DNA from: an uncultured Bacteroidales bacterium
GTDB lineage: Bacteria; Bacteroidota; Bacteroidia; Bacteroidales; F082
Reading direction: 5' to 3'
DNA length: 64,000 nucleotides
Assembly: GCA_905234645.1 (NCBI GenBank)
Contig: CAJOIS010000002.1
Span: forward strand, 59,326 to 123,325
Of the stretch, positions 37,348 through 45,440 are shown piece by piece. Made by a program: the position numbers and the translations under genes. The notes beneath the pieces were generated by a model that saw only the letters and a program-made list of their open reading frames with translations, made no database searches and was not told the DNA's origin. Within the stretch, counting starts at the first letter, position 1, and each line of letters opens with the position of its first letter.

Positions 37348-37781
37348 TCCGTTATGATTTCACATTTTATAATTCTTTCATCATCCGTTTCGCCATGCCG
37401 AATCTCCACACGGATATATTTTTCAGGCATCAGCGGCTCTATCATCTCAGGCCACTCGATAAGGCAAAGGTTGCCGCTATCGAAATAGTTCTCGAAGCCG
37501 ATGTCGTAGGCTTCTTCCAGCTTTTTAATACGGTAGAAATCAAAATGATAGACCGAATCGCCTTCCTCAGTTATGTACTCGTTGACGATGGCAAATGTTG
37601 GGCTGTTCACCTCGTCGGTGACGCCCATGCGGTGGCACAGATTTTTGATTAAAGTCGTCTTGCCCGCGCCCATCGAGCCGTAAAAGGCGATGACGTCGGC
37701 CTCATCGCGCATAGAGAGCAAATAATCGGAGACCTCCGAGAGCTGCTCCACGCCACTTATATTGAATAGTTTATCCTTCAT
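37344..37781 (-). CDS. tsaE: tRNA t6A37 biosynthesis ATPase TsaE
   Basis: FYGSMGAGKTTLIK, NSPTFAIVNEY and YHFDFYR. The ATG at 37781 is chosen because the track TTG start (37802) lies inside a TAnnTTTG box. Confidence 0.85.
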   Translation of the reverse strand: MKDKLFNISGVEQLSEVSDYLLSMRDEADVIAFYGSMGAGKTTLIKNLCHRMGVTDEVNSPTFAIVNEYITEEGDSVYHFDFYRIKKLEEAYDIGFENYFDSGNLCLIEWPEMIEPLMPEKYIRVEIRHGETDDERIIKCEIITD

Positions 37782-37799
37782 TGCAAACGTTTTACGCTG

Positions 37800-37807
37800 C
37801 AAAGATA
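37800..37807 (-). promoter_or_regulatory. -7 box (TATCTTTG on the minus strand) for tsaE-aroB-aroA
   Basis: CAAAGATA on the plus strand, 19 nt upstream of ATG 37781. Confidence 0.45.
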
Positions 37808-37819
37808 GTGTTTATTTAT

Positions 37820-37956
37820 CACAAAACCTGCAAAACCCTCAAAACCTTTCGCTTAACACGGCGGCGGCTTGCAACCGCTTGCCGCCGGAAAGCCCGCCGG
37901 TTGGCGTGGCTTTCCAACTTCTATATCAAGGTTTTGTCAGTTTTGCTAGTTTTGTG
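37820..37956. repeat. Composite palindrome: CAAAACC-repeat arms enclosing two GC-rich hairpins, downstream of porX
   Basis: The left arm CACAAAACCTGCAAAACCCTCAAAACC and right arm GGTTTTGTCAGTTTTGCTAGTTTTGTG match at about 22 of 27 positions. The inner hairpins are CGGCGGC..GCCGCCG (37862-37887) and AAAGCCCGCC..GGCGTGGCTTT (37889-37913). Confidence 0.65.
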
Positions 37957-37968
37957 ACCAATCAATTC

Positions 37969-39522
37969 TTACTTCGCCGTGAGGTGCGTCACTGGGATAA
38001 GCATCTCATTCATCGAGATGCCGCCATGCTGGAAAGTGTTGCGGTAATAGCTGACGTAATAGTTGTAGTTGTTGGGATAGGCAAAGAAGTCGCTCTTGCC
38101 TGCGAAAACATAGGCCGTACTCAGGTTGACCTTCGGCAAAAAGATCTTCTCCGGGTCTTTCACCTCAAACACTTCTTTCGGATTGTATTTCAAGTTCTTG
38201 CCGTACTTATAACGCAAATTGGTGTTCACTTCGCGGTCGCCCAAAATGCGGACAGGGTCTTTCACATATGTGGAGCCATGGTCGGTGGTGATGATCATGT
38301 CACAGCCTTTTTCTGCGATGAAGCGCATCATGTCGAAGAGGCTGGAATGCTCGAACCACGAGTACATCAGCGAGCGGTAGGCTTCCTCGTCGTCGGCCAA
38401 TTCGCGGATGATTTCCATCTCGGTGCGGGCATGGGAAAGCATGTCAACGAAATTGTACACGATGACATTCAACTTGTTCTGCATCAGGTTCGACATCTGC
38501 TCAAAGAGTTTTTTGCCCGCCTGCAGGTTCAGCACCTTATTATAAGAGTACTTGATGTTCTTTCCGAAACGCTTCAGCTGTTCGCCTAGCAGCTCGCCCT
38601 CAAACTGGTTCTTGGTGCCTTCGTCCTCCTCGTCCACCCACCACTGACGATAGCGACGGCGGATTTCGAGCGGCATCAATCCAGCGAAGAGGGAATTACG
38701 AGCGTATTGTGTGGTGGTAGGCAGGATGCTGTAGTACACATCGTCGGCCTCCACATGGAAATAGTTTTCAACCAGTGGTTGAATGGCTTTCCATTGATCG
38801 TAGCGCAGGTTATCAATGACGATGAGGAATAACGGCTTATCGCCGCCATCAAGGCGTGGAATCACCTTGTCGCGCACCACTGTATGCGACATCACAGGCT
38901 TTTCGGAACGTCCTTGAATCCAATCCACGTAATTTCGTTCAATGTAACGCGTGAACTGCGTGTTGGCTTCTTGCTTTTGGTCGGCGAGGATGCCCTTGAT
39001 GCCTTCGTCAGTCGACTTTTGCAGTTCCAACTCCCAGCGCACGAGTTTCTTATACAGGGCGATCCATTCGTCGAAGTCGAGGTTGTCGTTCAGGTCCATG
39101 CTGATCTGTCGGAACTCCTGCTGGTATCGCATCGACGACTTCTCGTCGCGTAACGTGCGATTCTCGAGATTACGTTTCAGCGACAGCAAAATCTGGTTCG
39201 GGTTCACAGGCTTAATAAGGTAATCCGCTATGTTGGAGCCGATGGCGTCTTCCATGATGCGTTCCTCCTCGCTCTTGGTGATCATCACCACGGGGAGGTT
39301 GGGATATTCGCGCTTGATGACTTCGAGCGCCTCGATGCCCGAGATGCCCGGCATCTGCTCGTCTAAGAAAACAATGTCGAAATGACGTTGGCGCACAAGG
39401 TCGATGGCGTCGGAGCCGTTGTTGGCTGTAACTACCTCATAGCCTTTTTGTTCCAGAAACATGATATGGGGCTTCAGGAGATCAATCTCGTCGTCGGCCC
39501 AAAGTATTGTCGTTTTGTCCAT
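37969..39522 (-). CDS. porX: Response-regulator receiver plus PglZ domain protein (T9SS regulator PorX-type)
   Basis: ILWADDEIDLL..IVFLDEQMPG receiver domain and a C-terminal PglZ/alkaline-phosphatase-like region. Its size (517 aa) matches PorX. Confidence 0.8.
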   Translation of the reverse strand: MDKTTILWADDEIDLLKPHIMFLEQKGYEVVTANNGSDAIDLVRQRHFDIVFLDEQMPGISGIEALEVIKREYPNLPVVMITKSEEERIMEDAIGSNIADYLIKPVNPNQILLSLKRNLENRTLRDEKSSMRYQQEFRQISMDLNDNLDFDEWIALYKKLVRWELELQKSTDEGIKGILADQKQEANTQFTRYIERNYVDWIQGRSEKPVMSHTVVRDKVIPRLDGGDKPLFLIVIDNLRYDQWKAIQPLVENYFHVEADDVYYSILPTTTQYARNSLFAGLMPLEIRRRYRQWWVDEEDEGTKNQFEGELLGEQLKRFGKNIKYSYNKVLNLQAGKKLFEQMSNLMQNKLNVIVYNFVDMLSHARTEMEIIRELADDEEAYRSLMYSWFEHSSLFDMMRFIAEKGCDMIITTDHGSTYVKDPVRILGDREVNTNLRYKYGKNLKYNPKEVFEVKDPEKIFLPKVNLSTAYVFAGKSDFFAYPNNYNYYVSYYRNTFQHGGISMNEMLIPVTHLTAK

Positions 39523-39592
39523 AGTCTTAGTGTTTATGGATATAAAACGCGAAAATAGGCAATTTGTTTTAATAAGATGAACTTTTTTGGAC

Positions 39593-39659
39593 GGCTTTTA
39601 AAAGCATAGATTCCCTCTCTCGCACAAACCCTCGCAGGAATGACATACTTTTAAAAGCC
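39593..39659 (+). repeat. ATAGAT/ATGACAT palindromic element, copy E2
   Basis: GGCTTTTAAAAGC-ATAGAT-TCC-22nt-GGA-ATGACAT-ACTTTTAAAAGCC. Same 67-nt length as E1. Confidence 0.85.
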
Positions 39660-39682
39660 TAAATAAACAATACTATTCACTA

Positions 39683-39738
39683 AGCCTTCGATGTCATTCC
39701 AGCAGAGGAAGTGGGTAGGCTGGAATCTATCGAAGGCT
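39683..39738 (-). repeat. ATAGAT/ATGACAT palindromic element, copy E3 (inverted orientation)
   Basis: AGCCTTCG-ATGTCAT-TCC-21nt-GGA-ATCTAT-CGAAGGCT. Confidence 0.85.
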
Positions 39739-39789
39739 GGTCACGCGATGACATGCTTTCTGAAAGCTGCTTATACGGTTATAAACGCC

Positions 39790-39847
39790 CGACCTTCGAT
39801 GTCATTCCGACAGGGGAAGTGGGCTGGCTGGAATCTATTGGAGGTCG
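39790..39847 (-). repeat. ATAGAT/ATGACAT palindromic element, copy E4 (inverted orientation)
   Basis: CGACCTTCG-ATGTCAT-TCC-21nt-GGA-ATCTAT-TGGAGGTCG. It is part of a ~105-bp tandem duplication with E3. Confidence 0.85.
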
Positions 39848-39881
39848 GGCGATCATACGTATTGCTTTCTGAAAAAAACAC

Positions 39882-39889
39882 TATTTTTG
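39882..39889 (+). promoter_or_regulatory. -7 box (TATTTTTG) for the HD-domain gene
   Basis: Matches TAnnTTTG, 18 nt upstream of ATG 39908. Confidence 0.5.
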
Positions 39890-39907
39890 CAGCAAAATTC
39901 ATGGCCC

Positions 39908-41146
39908 ATGGCAAGCGCATCCAACAAAAAGAAGATCTTCAACGACCCCATCTATGGCTTCGTCAGCATCCCCGACGAGCTGCACTTCGACATCATCGAG
40001 CACCCTTATTTCCAACGCCTTAGACGCATCAAGCAGGTCAGTTTGACCAACATGGTGTATCCCGGCGCTAACCACACTCGCTTCACCCACAGCCTTGGCA
40101 CCATGCACCTCATGCGGCATGCCATACAGCTACTGCGAGGAAAGGGTTACGACATAACCGACGAAGAATTGGAAGCTGCCTCGTTGGCCATCCTGCTCCA
40201 CGACAGCGGACACGGGCCATTCTCGCACACATTGGAGAACAGCATTGTTCAGGGCGTCTCGCACGAGGAGTTGTCGTTGATGGTGATGCAGAAGTTCAAC
40301 GAGATTCACGACGGACGGCTCGATTTGGCCATCCAACTATTCAAGGGGGAATACGAGAAGGGCTTCTTGAGCAAACTCATTTCCAGCCAGTTGGACGTGG
40401 ACCGCATCGACTACCTAAAGCGCGACAGTTTCTTCACTGGTGTGGCAGAGGGCAGCGTCAACGCAGAAAGACTGTTGGAGATGGTTGAAGTGGTCGACAA
40501 CGAGTTGGCCATCGAAGCCAAGGGTATCTATTCCGTGGAGAGCTTCATTGTGGCGCGCCGCATCATGTACTGGCAGGTGTACATGCACAAAGCGGTGTTG
40601 AGTGCAGAATACATGTTACGCAACATCCTGAAACGTGCCAAAATGCTCAGCCAAGAGCGCGACTTGTTCGCCACCCCGGCCCTGTCGTTCTTTCTGAAAA
40701 ACCAGAATCCTTTTGCGAACGGCAACGATCCCGATTACGTCCTGGACAAGTTCTGCCAGTTGGACGACTACGATGTGATGACGGCAGTGAAAGCCTGGCG
40801 CGACGACAAAGACCGCGTGCTTTCCGAGCTTTGCAGGCGCCTGACCGACAGGCATTTGTTTAAAATAGAGATGCGGGAAGGGGAATTTGAGCCCCAATAT
40901 ATTGAGGACATCCGTAAAAAGATCGCCCAATACTATGGATGGACGTTGGAGGAGGCGGACTTTGCCTTGTTACAGGGCATTTCCTCGAACCACGCCTACC
41001 ACCCCAAGAAGCCCGCCATCAACATCCTTTACAAGGACGGCACGATGAAGGACATCAGCGAGGCCTCCGATCAACTGAACATCTCGGTGCTGAAACAGCC
41101 CGTGGTGAAGCATTTTATTTGCTATCCGAAGGAGCTGCTGGTATAA
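39908..41146 (+). CDS. HD-domain dNTP triphosphohydrolase-like phosphohydrolase
   Basis: NDPIYGFVSIP, RFTHSLGTMHL and LLHDSGHGPFSH. The ATG at 39908 is chosen because the track TTG (39887) lies inside the -7 box. Confidence 0.8.
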   Translation: MASASNKKKIFNDPIYGFVSIPDELHFDIIEHPYFQRLRRIKQVSLTNMVYPGANHTRFTHSLGTMHLMRHAIQLLRGKGYDITDEELEAASLAILLHDSGHGPFSHTLENSIVQGVSHEELSLMVMQKFNEIHDGRLDLAIQLFKGEYEKGFLSKLISSQLDVDRIDYLKRDSFFTGVAEGSVNAERLLEMVEVVDNELAIEAKGIYSVESFIVARRIMYWQVYMHKAVLSAEYMLRNILKRAKMLSQERDLFATPALSFFLKNQNPFANGNDPDYVLDKFCQLDDYDVMTAVKAWRDDKDRVLSELCRRLTDRHLFKIEMREGEFEPQYIEDIRKKIAQYYGWTLEEADFALLQGISSNHAYHPKKPAINILYKDGTMKDISEASDQLNISVLKQPVVKHFICYPKELLV

Positions 41147-41151
41147 TAAAA

Positions 41152-41179
41152 GTAGAGACGCGCCATGGCACGTCTCTAC
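41152..41179. repeat. GTAGAGACG..CGTCTCTAC hairpin, copy 2 (probable terminator of the minus-strand lipoprotein gene)
   Basis: GTAGAGACGcgccatggcaCGTCTCTAC. On the minus strand it is followed by TTTTATTAT. It lies between convergent genes. Confidence 0.75.
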
Positions 41180-41197
41180 AAAAAGTATATTTCAGTA

Positions 41198-42304
41198 TTA
41201 TTTATCTTTGCCCATCAATGAGCCCGTCCTAAAGTGCAGATTATCCACTGCCTTTCGACCTACCGGCTTGGAAGGCGTATTGCTGACACGCTTCAAATAT
41301 GCCTTCTCAATGCAATTCTGATAATACTCGTTTTCGTACACAAAAACATCGTCACTTATTTCCTTGATCTGAAGCCTAAAAGCACGTCCATCATCCATAT
41401 TTAAAAACAGGGCACTACTCTCTTCATCAAGGACATATGCATAGCTTGACACCAAAACCGTATCGGGACAAACAATGTGGGTTTCATAAGATTCAGTTTC
41501 CTCGTTCCAATCCAACCATAATTCTTCAATGGAACTATCGCGCATTTCACCAGAATTGTCTTCCCTAAAATACATTTGGATGCCGTTGTCGGTGGAATAA
41601 GGTTCGAATAAGAATGTACTCATTGAGGCTGCAATAGGATTACCTGCATAGTCAGTATTGTAATATTCAAACTTTTCAACACCCCAAACGCCAATGATAA
41701 GATTCTCTGGCTGCTCAACAATAACAGTTACGACATATTCAGCTTGAGAGCCATCCTCAGCGGTCACGGTATATGTTACAGGTTGGGAAAAGTCAGTAAC
41801 ATAATCCGAACAAGGCACAACACTATCATCGTCAGAAACAATGATGGTGGGGACTAAAACTGTAACATCTGTGCCATAAGGCACCGTGGCTTCTATTTCT
41901 TTCGTGTCTTCATTAATAACCGCATCGATATTCAAAGACACAAACCGAAATGCAAGAATTCTTTTTTCGCTGTTTTTTTCATTAGTAACAACTGCTAAAT
42001 AAACCGATTGCGACCCATCTTCCGCTGTCACCGTGTAAGTCACTGGATTTGTAAAATCCATAGGCTCACCAGACAGCGGGCTAATCGTAGCCTTATCCGA
42101 AATGGTGATAATGGGCGTCAAATTGGTGAGATCAGTTCCATAAGGCATTTCCGCTTCAATCCTTCCATCGGAGCATATATCGGCCGTCACATCAGGATTA
42201 GCAAACTGAAATGAGAGGATTTCTTTTTCGCTGCTCTTTTTTTGGCAACTCGATAATACCATTAGAATTGCCAAAATGACGATTGAATTGATCGCTTTTT
42301 TCAT
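41198..42304 (-). CDS. Lipoprotein with two tandem Ig-like repeats and a C-terminal domain
   Basis: Lipobox LSSC. There are two ~85-aa repeats, each ending PVTYTVTAEDGSQ..Y. Confidence 0.6.
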   Translation of the reverse strand: MKKAINSIVILAILMVLSSCQKKSSEKEILSFQFANPDVTADICSDGRIEAEMPYGTDLTNLTPIITISDKATISPLSGEPMDFTNPVTYTVTAEDGSQSVYLAVVTNEKNSEKRILAFRFVSLNIDAVINEDTKEIEATVPYGTDVTVLVPTIIVSDDDSVVPCSDYVTDFSQPVTYTVTAEDGSQAEYVVTVIVEQPENLIIGVWGVEKFEYYNTDYAGNPIAASMSTFLFEPYSTDNGIQMYFREDNSGEMRDSSIEELWLDWNEETESYETHIVCPDTVLVSSYAYVLDEESSALFLNMDDGRAFRLQIKEISDDVFVYENEYYQNCIEKAYLKRVSNTPSKPVGRKAVDNLHFRTGSLMGKDK

Positions 42305-42348
42305 AGTGATTGGCTTTTAATTGTATTCTATAAACTTCTTAATACATC

Positions 42349-42402
42349 GCAGGTATAGATCCCAAGCCTACACACATGCCAGCGTTGGGATGACACGCCT
42401 GC
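42349..42402 (+). repeat. ATAGAT/ATGACAY palindromic element, copy E5
   Basis: GCAGGT-ATAGAT-CCCAA-19nt-TTGGG-ATGACAC-GCCTGC, followed by a partial duplicate, TGACATGCCTGC. Confidence 0.75.
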
Positions 42403-42414
42403 TGACATGCCTGC

Positions 42415-42873
42415 TTAGGACCTCTGATTCATCGCTTTAGCCCGGCGCTTCGAGTCCTCCATCACCTCCAAAGCCTGTTGTTGTAAGAATTTCTCTTCTT
42501 CCGTTTCAGGCGCAAGTGTGATGCCATGGGGCTTGGAGTGGTGATTTTCATCAAGATAGGAGAAGGTGGCGAAACCGTCAGCGGCGATTTTTTCGGGCTC
42601 GCGGCTGCGGTACATTTTCGTGTAGACAGTGAGGGTGCTTCGCCCAGCGGCAATCACCTTGCTCTCGAAAGTGACGATGTCGCCGGCGAAAATCGGGAAC
42701 TTGAAGTCGATGCCGTGGAGCACGAGCAGGACGGTGTCCTTCGTATCAACATACTGCGCCACAGCAAAATAGGAACTCTCTAAAAACCACTCCGAGCAAC
42801 GACCAGCGAAGAAGGTCTGATGGTGGTTGAGGTCAGCGAGTTTGATCAGTCTTTGGGAATAGGTTGCTTTCAT
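42415..42873 (-). CDS. Hotdog-fold acyl-CoA thioesterase
   Basis: Its length and the HHQTFFAGRCSEW..VTFESKVIAAGRSTL pattern are typical of YciA/4HBT-type thioesterases. Confidence 0.7.
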   Translation of the reverse strand: MKATYSQRLIKLADLNHHQTFFAGRCSEWFLESSYFAVAQYVDTKDTVLLVLHGIDFKFPIFAGDIVTFESKVIAAGRSTLTVYTKMYRSREPEKIAADGFATFSYLDENHHSKPHGITLAPETEEEKFLQQQALEVMEDSKRRAKAMNQRS

Positions 42874-42914
42874 ATTCAGTTGTTCAGTTATTCAGTTAAT
42901 GAGTTGTTCAGTTG
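42874..42914 (-). repeat. Tandem octamer leader (CAACTGAA-like x5) immediately upstream of the thioesterase ATG
   Basis: The plus strand reads a-TTCAGTTG-TTCAGTTA-TTCAGTTA-ATGAGTTG-TTCAGTTG. Confidence 0.75.
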
Positions 42915-42978
42915 CCTATGGCTGATGGCTCATGGCCTATGGCTTGCCACTACAATGGGGCAGCCATTGGCCATAGGC
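42914..42978. repeat. GCCTATGG/CCATAGGC-rich imperfect palindrome at the 3' end of the MBL gene
   Basis: GCCTATGGCTGATGGCTCATGGCCTATGGC..GCCATTGGCCATAGGC. The right arm reaches the MBL gene's stop codon. Confidence 0.5.
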
Positions 42979-43751
42979 TATAGACCATTGTTTATTTCGA
43001 TTTTCAGTCCATCGTAAGCGAGCATCATGCCTTTGGGGAGCTCGCGGTTGACATCGGCGGCGAGGCCCATGCTGTGGCTGCAATGCGTGAACCAAGTCTT
43101 TTTCGCTCCCACCCTTCTGGAAATCTCTATCGCTTCATCCAAGGTGAGATGTGAATAGTGTTTCTTCTTTTGCAGCGCCTCAATAATCAGGTATTCAACG
43201 CCTTGCAATTTCTCTATCGCTTCTTCTGAAATCTCGCTCAAGTCGGTTACGTAGGCAAAGTTACCGATGCGAAAGGCGTAGCAAGTCAAAGTGAAATGTT
43301 TCAGTTTAATAGGCACAAAATGCAGGTCTCCGATATCAAAAGGCGTTTCATCAAGGCGGCGGATTTCGTATGTCGGAGCACCGGGATAGGGATGTTCCTC
43401 AAAGGCGTATGAATATTCGCGCTTGATTTCGGGCAAGGCGGTGTCGGCGACATACAGCGGCATAGGTTTTTGCTGCTTGAAAATGTAGGGGCGCAAATCG
43501 TCGAGACCACCGATGTGATCTTTATGCTCGTGCGAGATAATCACCGCATCCAATTTGGTGACGTTTTCCCGAAGCATCTGCTGGCGGAAATCGGGGCCGG
43601 CGTCCACAGCCACCGTCACCTCGTCGGTTTGGATCAAAATGGAAGTACGCAGGCGCTTGTCGAGTGGATCCGAGGACTGGCACACAGGACAAGTGCAGCC
43701 GATGACGGGCACGCCTTGCGATGTTCCACTACCTAATATTGTGACAATCAT
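42978..43751 (-). CDS. MBL-fold metallo-hydrolase (PhnP-like)
   Basis: ILGSGTSQGVP and the HEHKDH (HxHxDH) motif. Confidence 0.8.
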   Translation of the reverse strand: MIVTILGSGTSQGVPVIGCTCPVCQSSDPLDKRLRTSILIQTDEVTVAVDAGPDFRQQMLRENVTKLDAVIISHEHKDHIGGLDDLRPYIFKQQKPMPLYVADTALPEIKREYSYAFEEHPYPGAPTYEIRRLDETPFDIGDLHFVPIKLKHFTLTCYAFRIGNFAYVTDLSEISEEAIEKLQGVEYLIIEALQKKKHYSHLTLDEAIEISRRVGAKKTWFTHCSHSMGLAADVNRELPKGMMLAYDGLKIEINNGL

Positions 43752-43863
43752 GTTCTTATCCTTTCATAAACCCACAAAAGGGATTTCCGAATTCCATTTG
43801 CAAAAATAGCGATTTTTCAACAAAAAGGCATCCTATCTCATAGAATTTCCCTACATTTGCGGC

Positions 43864-44409
43864 ATGAAAATTTCTTCCTATCTTCGGAATAGAGCCTTAA
43901 AGCATGCTTTTGAGCAGTTTCTCGCCGAGAAGACACCCGCCAAAATGCCCAATCTTCAGCGGATTAACTCCGTGTTGGTCATCCTTGACGAGAACGACAA
44001 GAGCATCCATAAAAACATAGAAAGCAGCGTAAAAGCCCTTTTCGGCGCCGGCCGTTGTGGCTTCATCATCCTCTGCAATCAGATGTCGGACACCATCTTG
44101 CAAAGCGACCTCTATAACGAGATTACGCCCAAGGACTTCGGCTTTATGAGTGTGCTGAAACCAGAAAAGCACGAATACCTAAGGAAATTACCTTACAGTG
44201 CGATGATCATCAACATGGCCGGAAAGAGTTCCGAAATCAGCGACTATCTCTGCACCTTGCCGAAGTCTGACTTCAGGATCAGCTTCCAGCAGAGCAAAAA
44301 CGCCGGGCTTTATGATTTGGTCATTGAAAATCCCAGAAACACCGACCCTGTTTCCAACATCCACGTCCTGCACAACTACCTGAAAGCGTTGGCGGGGCCA
44401 CAACAATAG
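43864..44409 (+). CDS. Hypothetical protein
   Basis: Long ORF with plausible composition. The start is uncertain because a TAnnTTTG box ends only 4 nt before the ATG. Confidence 0.45.
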   Translation: MKISSYLRNRALKHAFEQFLAEKTPAKMPNLQRINSVLVILDENDKSIHKNIESSVKALFGAGRCGFIILCNQMSDTILQSDLYNEITPKDFGFMSVLKPEKHEYLRKLPYSAMIINMAGKSSEISDYLCTLPKSDFRISFQQSKNAGLYDLVIENPRNTDPVSNIHVLHNYLKALAGPQQ

Positions 44410-44422
44410 CAATGAATATACT

Positions 44423-44461
44423 TTAAGGTCCGGGCCCTTCGACAGGCTCTGGGACCCTTAA
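44423..44461 (+). repeat. CCCTTCGACA..GCTCAGGGACC repeat family, copy 3
   Basis: TTAAGGTCCGGGCCCTTCGACAGGCTCTGGGACCCTTAA. It is itself an imperfect palindrome, upstream of dapA. Confidence 0.7.
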
Positions 44462-44477
44462 GTCGAGAATAAAAACA

Positions 44478-45365
44478 ATGAAAAACAACATATTTAAAGG
44501 AACGGGCATTGCCCTAATTACTCCGTTCAAGCAAGACCAATCCGTTGACGTTGAGGCTTTAACCAATATTGTCAACCATGTTATTGATAATGGCGCGGAT
44601 TTCTTGGTCGTCCTTGGCACTACCTCCGAAGCCCCTACCCTTTCCTCCGAGGAAAAGAAACTGGTCATCAGCACGGTTTTGAAGGCCAACAATGGCCGTC
44701 TGCCTATCATGCTCGGTATGGGCGGCAACAACACGCAAGCTGTCATCGATGCCATCAAAGCACAAGACTTCACCGGCATCCAAGGCATCTTAAGCGTCGT
44801 ACCTTTCTACAACAAGCCCAACCAGCGCGGCATGAGAGCCCACTTCGAGGCCATCGCTGACGCCTGTCCCGTACCCGTTGTGCTCTATAACGTGCCCGGT
44901 CGTGTAGGCGTCAACCTGCAAGCTGCCACCTGTGTGGAACTGGCCAAGCATCCTAACATCATTGCCGTCAAGGAAGCCTCTGGTAACTTACAGCAAATCA
45001 TGGAGATATTGCGCGACAAGCCCGCCGACTTTGACGTGCTTTCGGGCGACGACGGCATCACCCAACCGTTGATGGCTTTGGGCGCAACAGGTGTTATCTC
45101 GGTGGCTGCCAATGCCTATACCCAGCCTTTCAGCCGCATGATGCATGCCTTGAAGGAAGGTCGTAATGACGAGGCTCTGCGTCTGCATTACGCCATGCTG
45201 AAGATGAACCAACTCATTTTCGCCGACGGCAACCCTGCGGGTATCAAATGTTTGCTGAGCAAGATGGGGTTGTGTCAGAATGTGTTGAGGCTGCCTTTGG
45301 TCTGCGTCAATGAAAAAGTGGAAGCGGACATTGTTGAAGAATGGAATTCATTAAAGAACAAGTGA
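44478..45365 (+). CDS. dapA: 4-hydroxy-tetrahydrodipicolinate synthase
   Basis: GTGIALITPF, LGTTSE, YNVPGR and AVKEASG (catalytic Lys). Confidence 0.9.
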   Translation: MKNNIFKGTGIALITPFKQDQSVDVEALTNIVNHVIDNGADFLVVLGTTSEAPTLSSEEKKLVISTVLKANNGRLPIMLGMGGNNTQAVIDAIKAQDFTGIQGILSVVPFYNKPNQRGMRAHFEAIADACPVPVVLYNVPGRVGVNLQAATCVELAKHPNIIAVKEASGNLQQIMEILRDKPADFDVLSGDDGITQPLMALGATGVISVAANAYTQPFSRMMHALKEGRNDEALRLHYAMLKMNQLIFADGNPAGIKCLLSKMGLCQNVLRLPLVCVNEKVEADIVEEWNSLKNK

Positions 45366-45384
45366 TAGACTGGATTGCTTCGCT

Positions 45385-45410
45385 TCGCTCGCAATGACGC
45401 GAAGCGACAG
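45385..45410 (+). terminator. Hairpin downstream of dapA (no T-run)
   Basis: CGCTTCGC-tcgcaatgac-GCGAAGCG, an 8-bp perfect stem. It may be a terminator or repeat-family member (the CGCTTCGCTCGCAATGAC type). Confidence 0.4.
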
Positions 45411-45440
45411 AATGATTGAAAATATTAAAACATACATACA

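Noticed and set aside
39683-39880. Possible CRISPR-like array (repeat-spacer-repeat appearance)
   Set aside because: There are only two ~105-bp units. The repeats are members of a dispersed palindromic family found singly elsewhere, and there are no cas genes and no leader. It is a tandem duplication, not a CRISPR array.
39691-40023. A 110-aa ORF (MSFQQRKWVGWNLSKA...MSFRQGKWAGWNL...)
   Set aside because: It is simply the translation of the tandem palindromic elements E3/E4 and it runs across the HD-gene promoter and start. It is not a gene. It does show that the element is open in this frame, the same MSFQ frame used in aroA.
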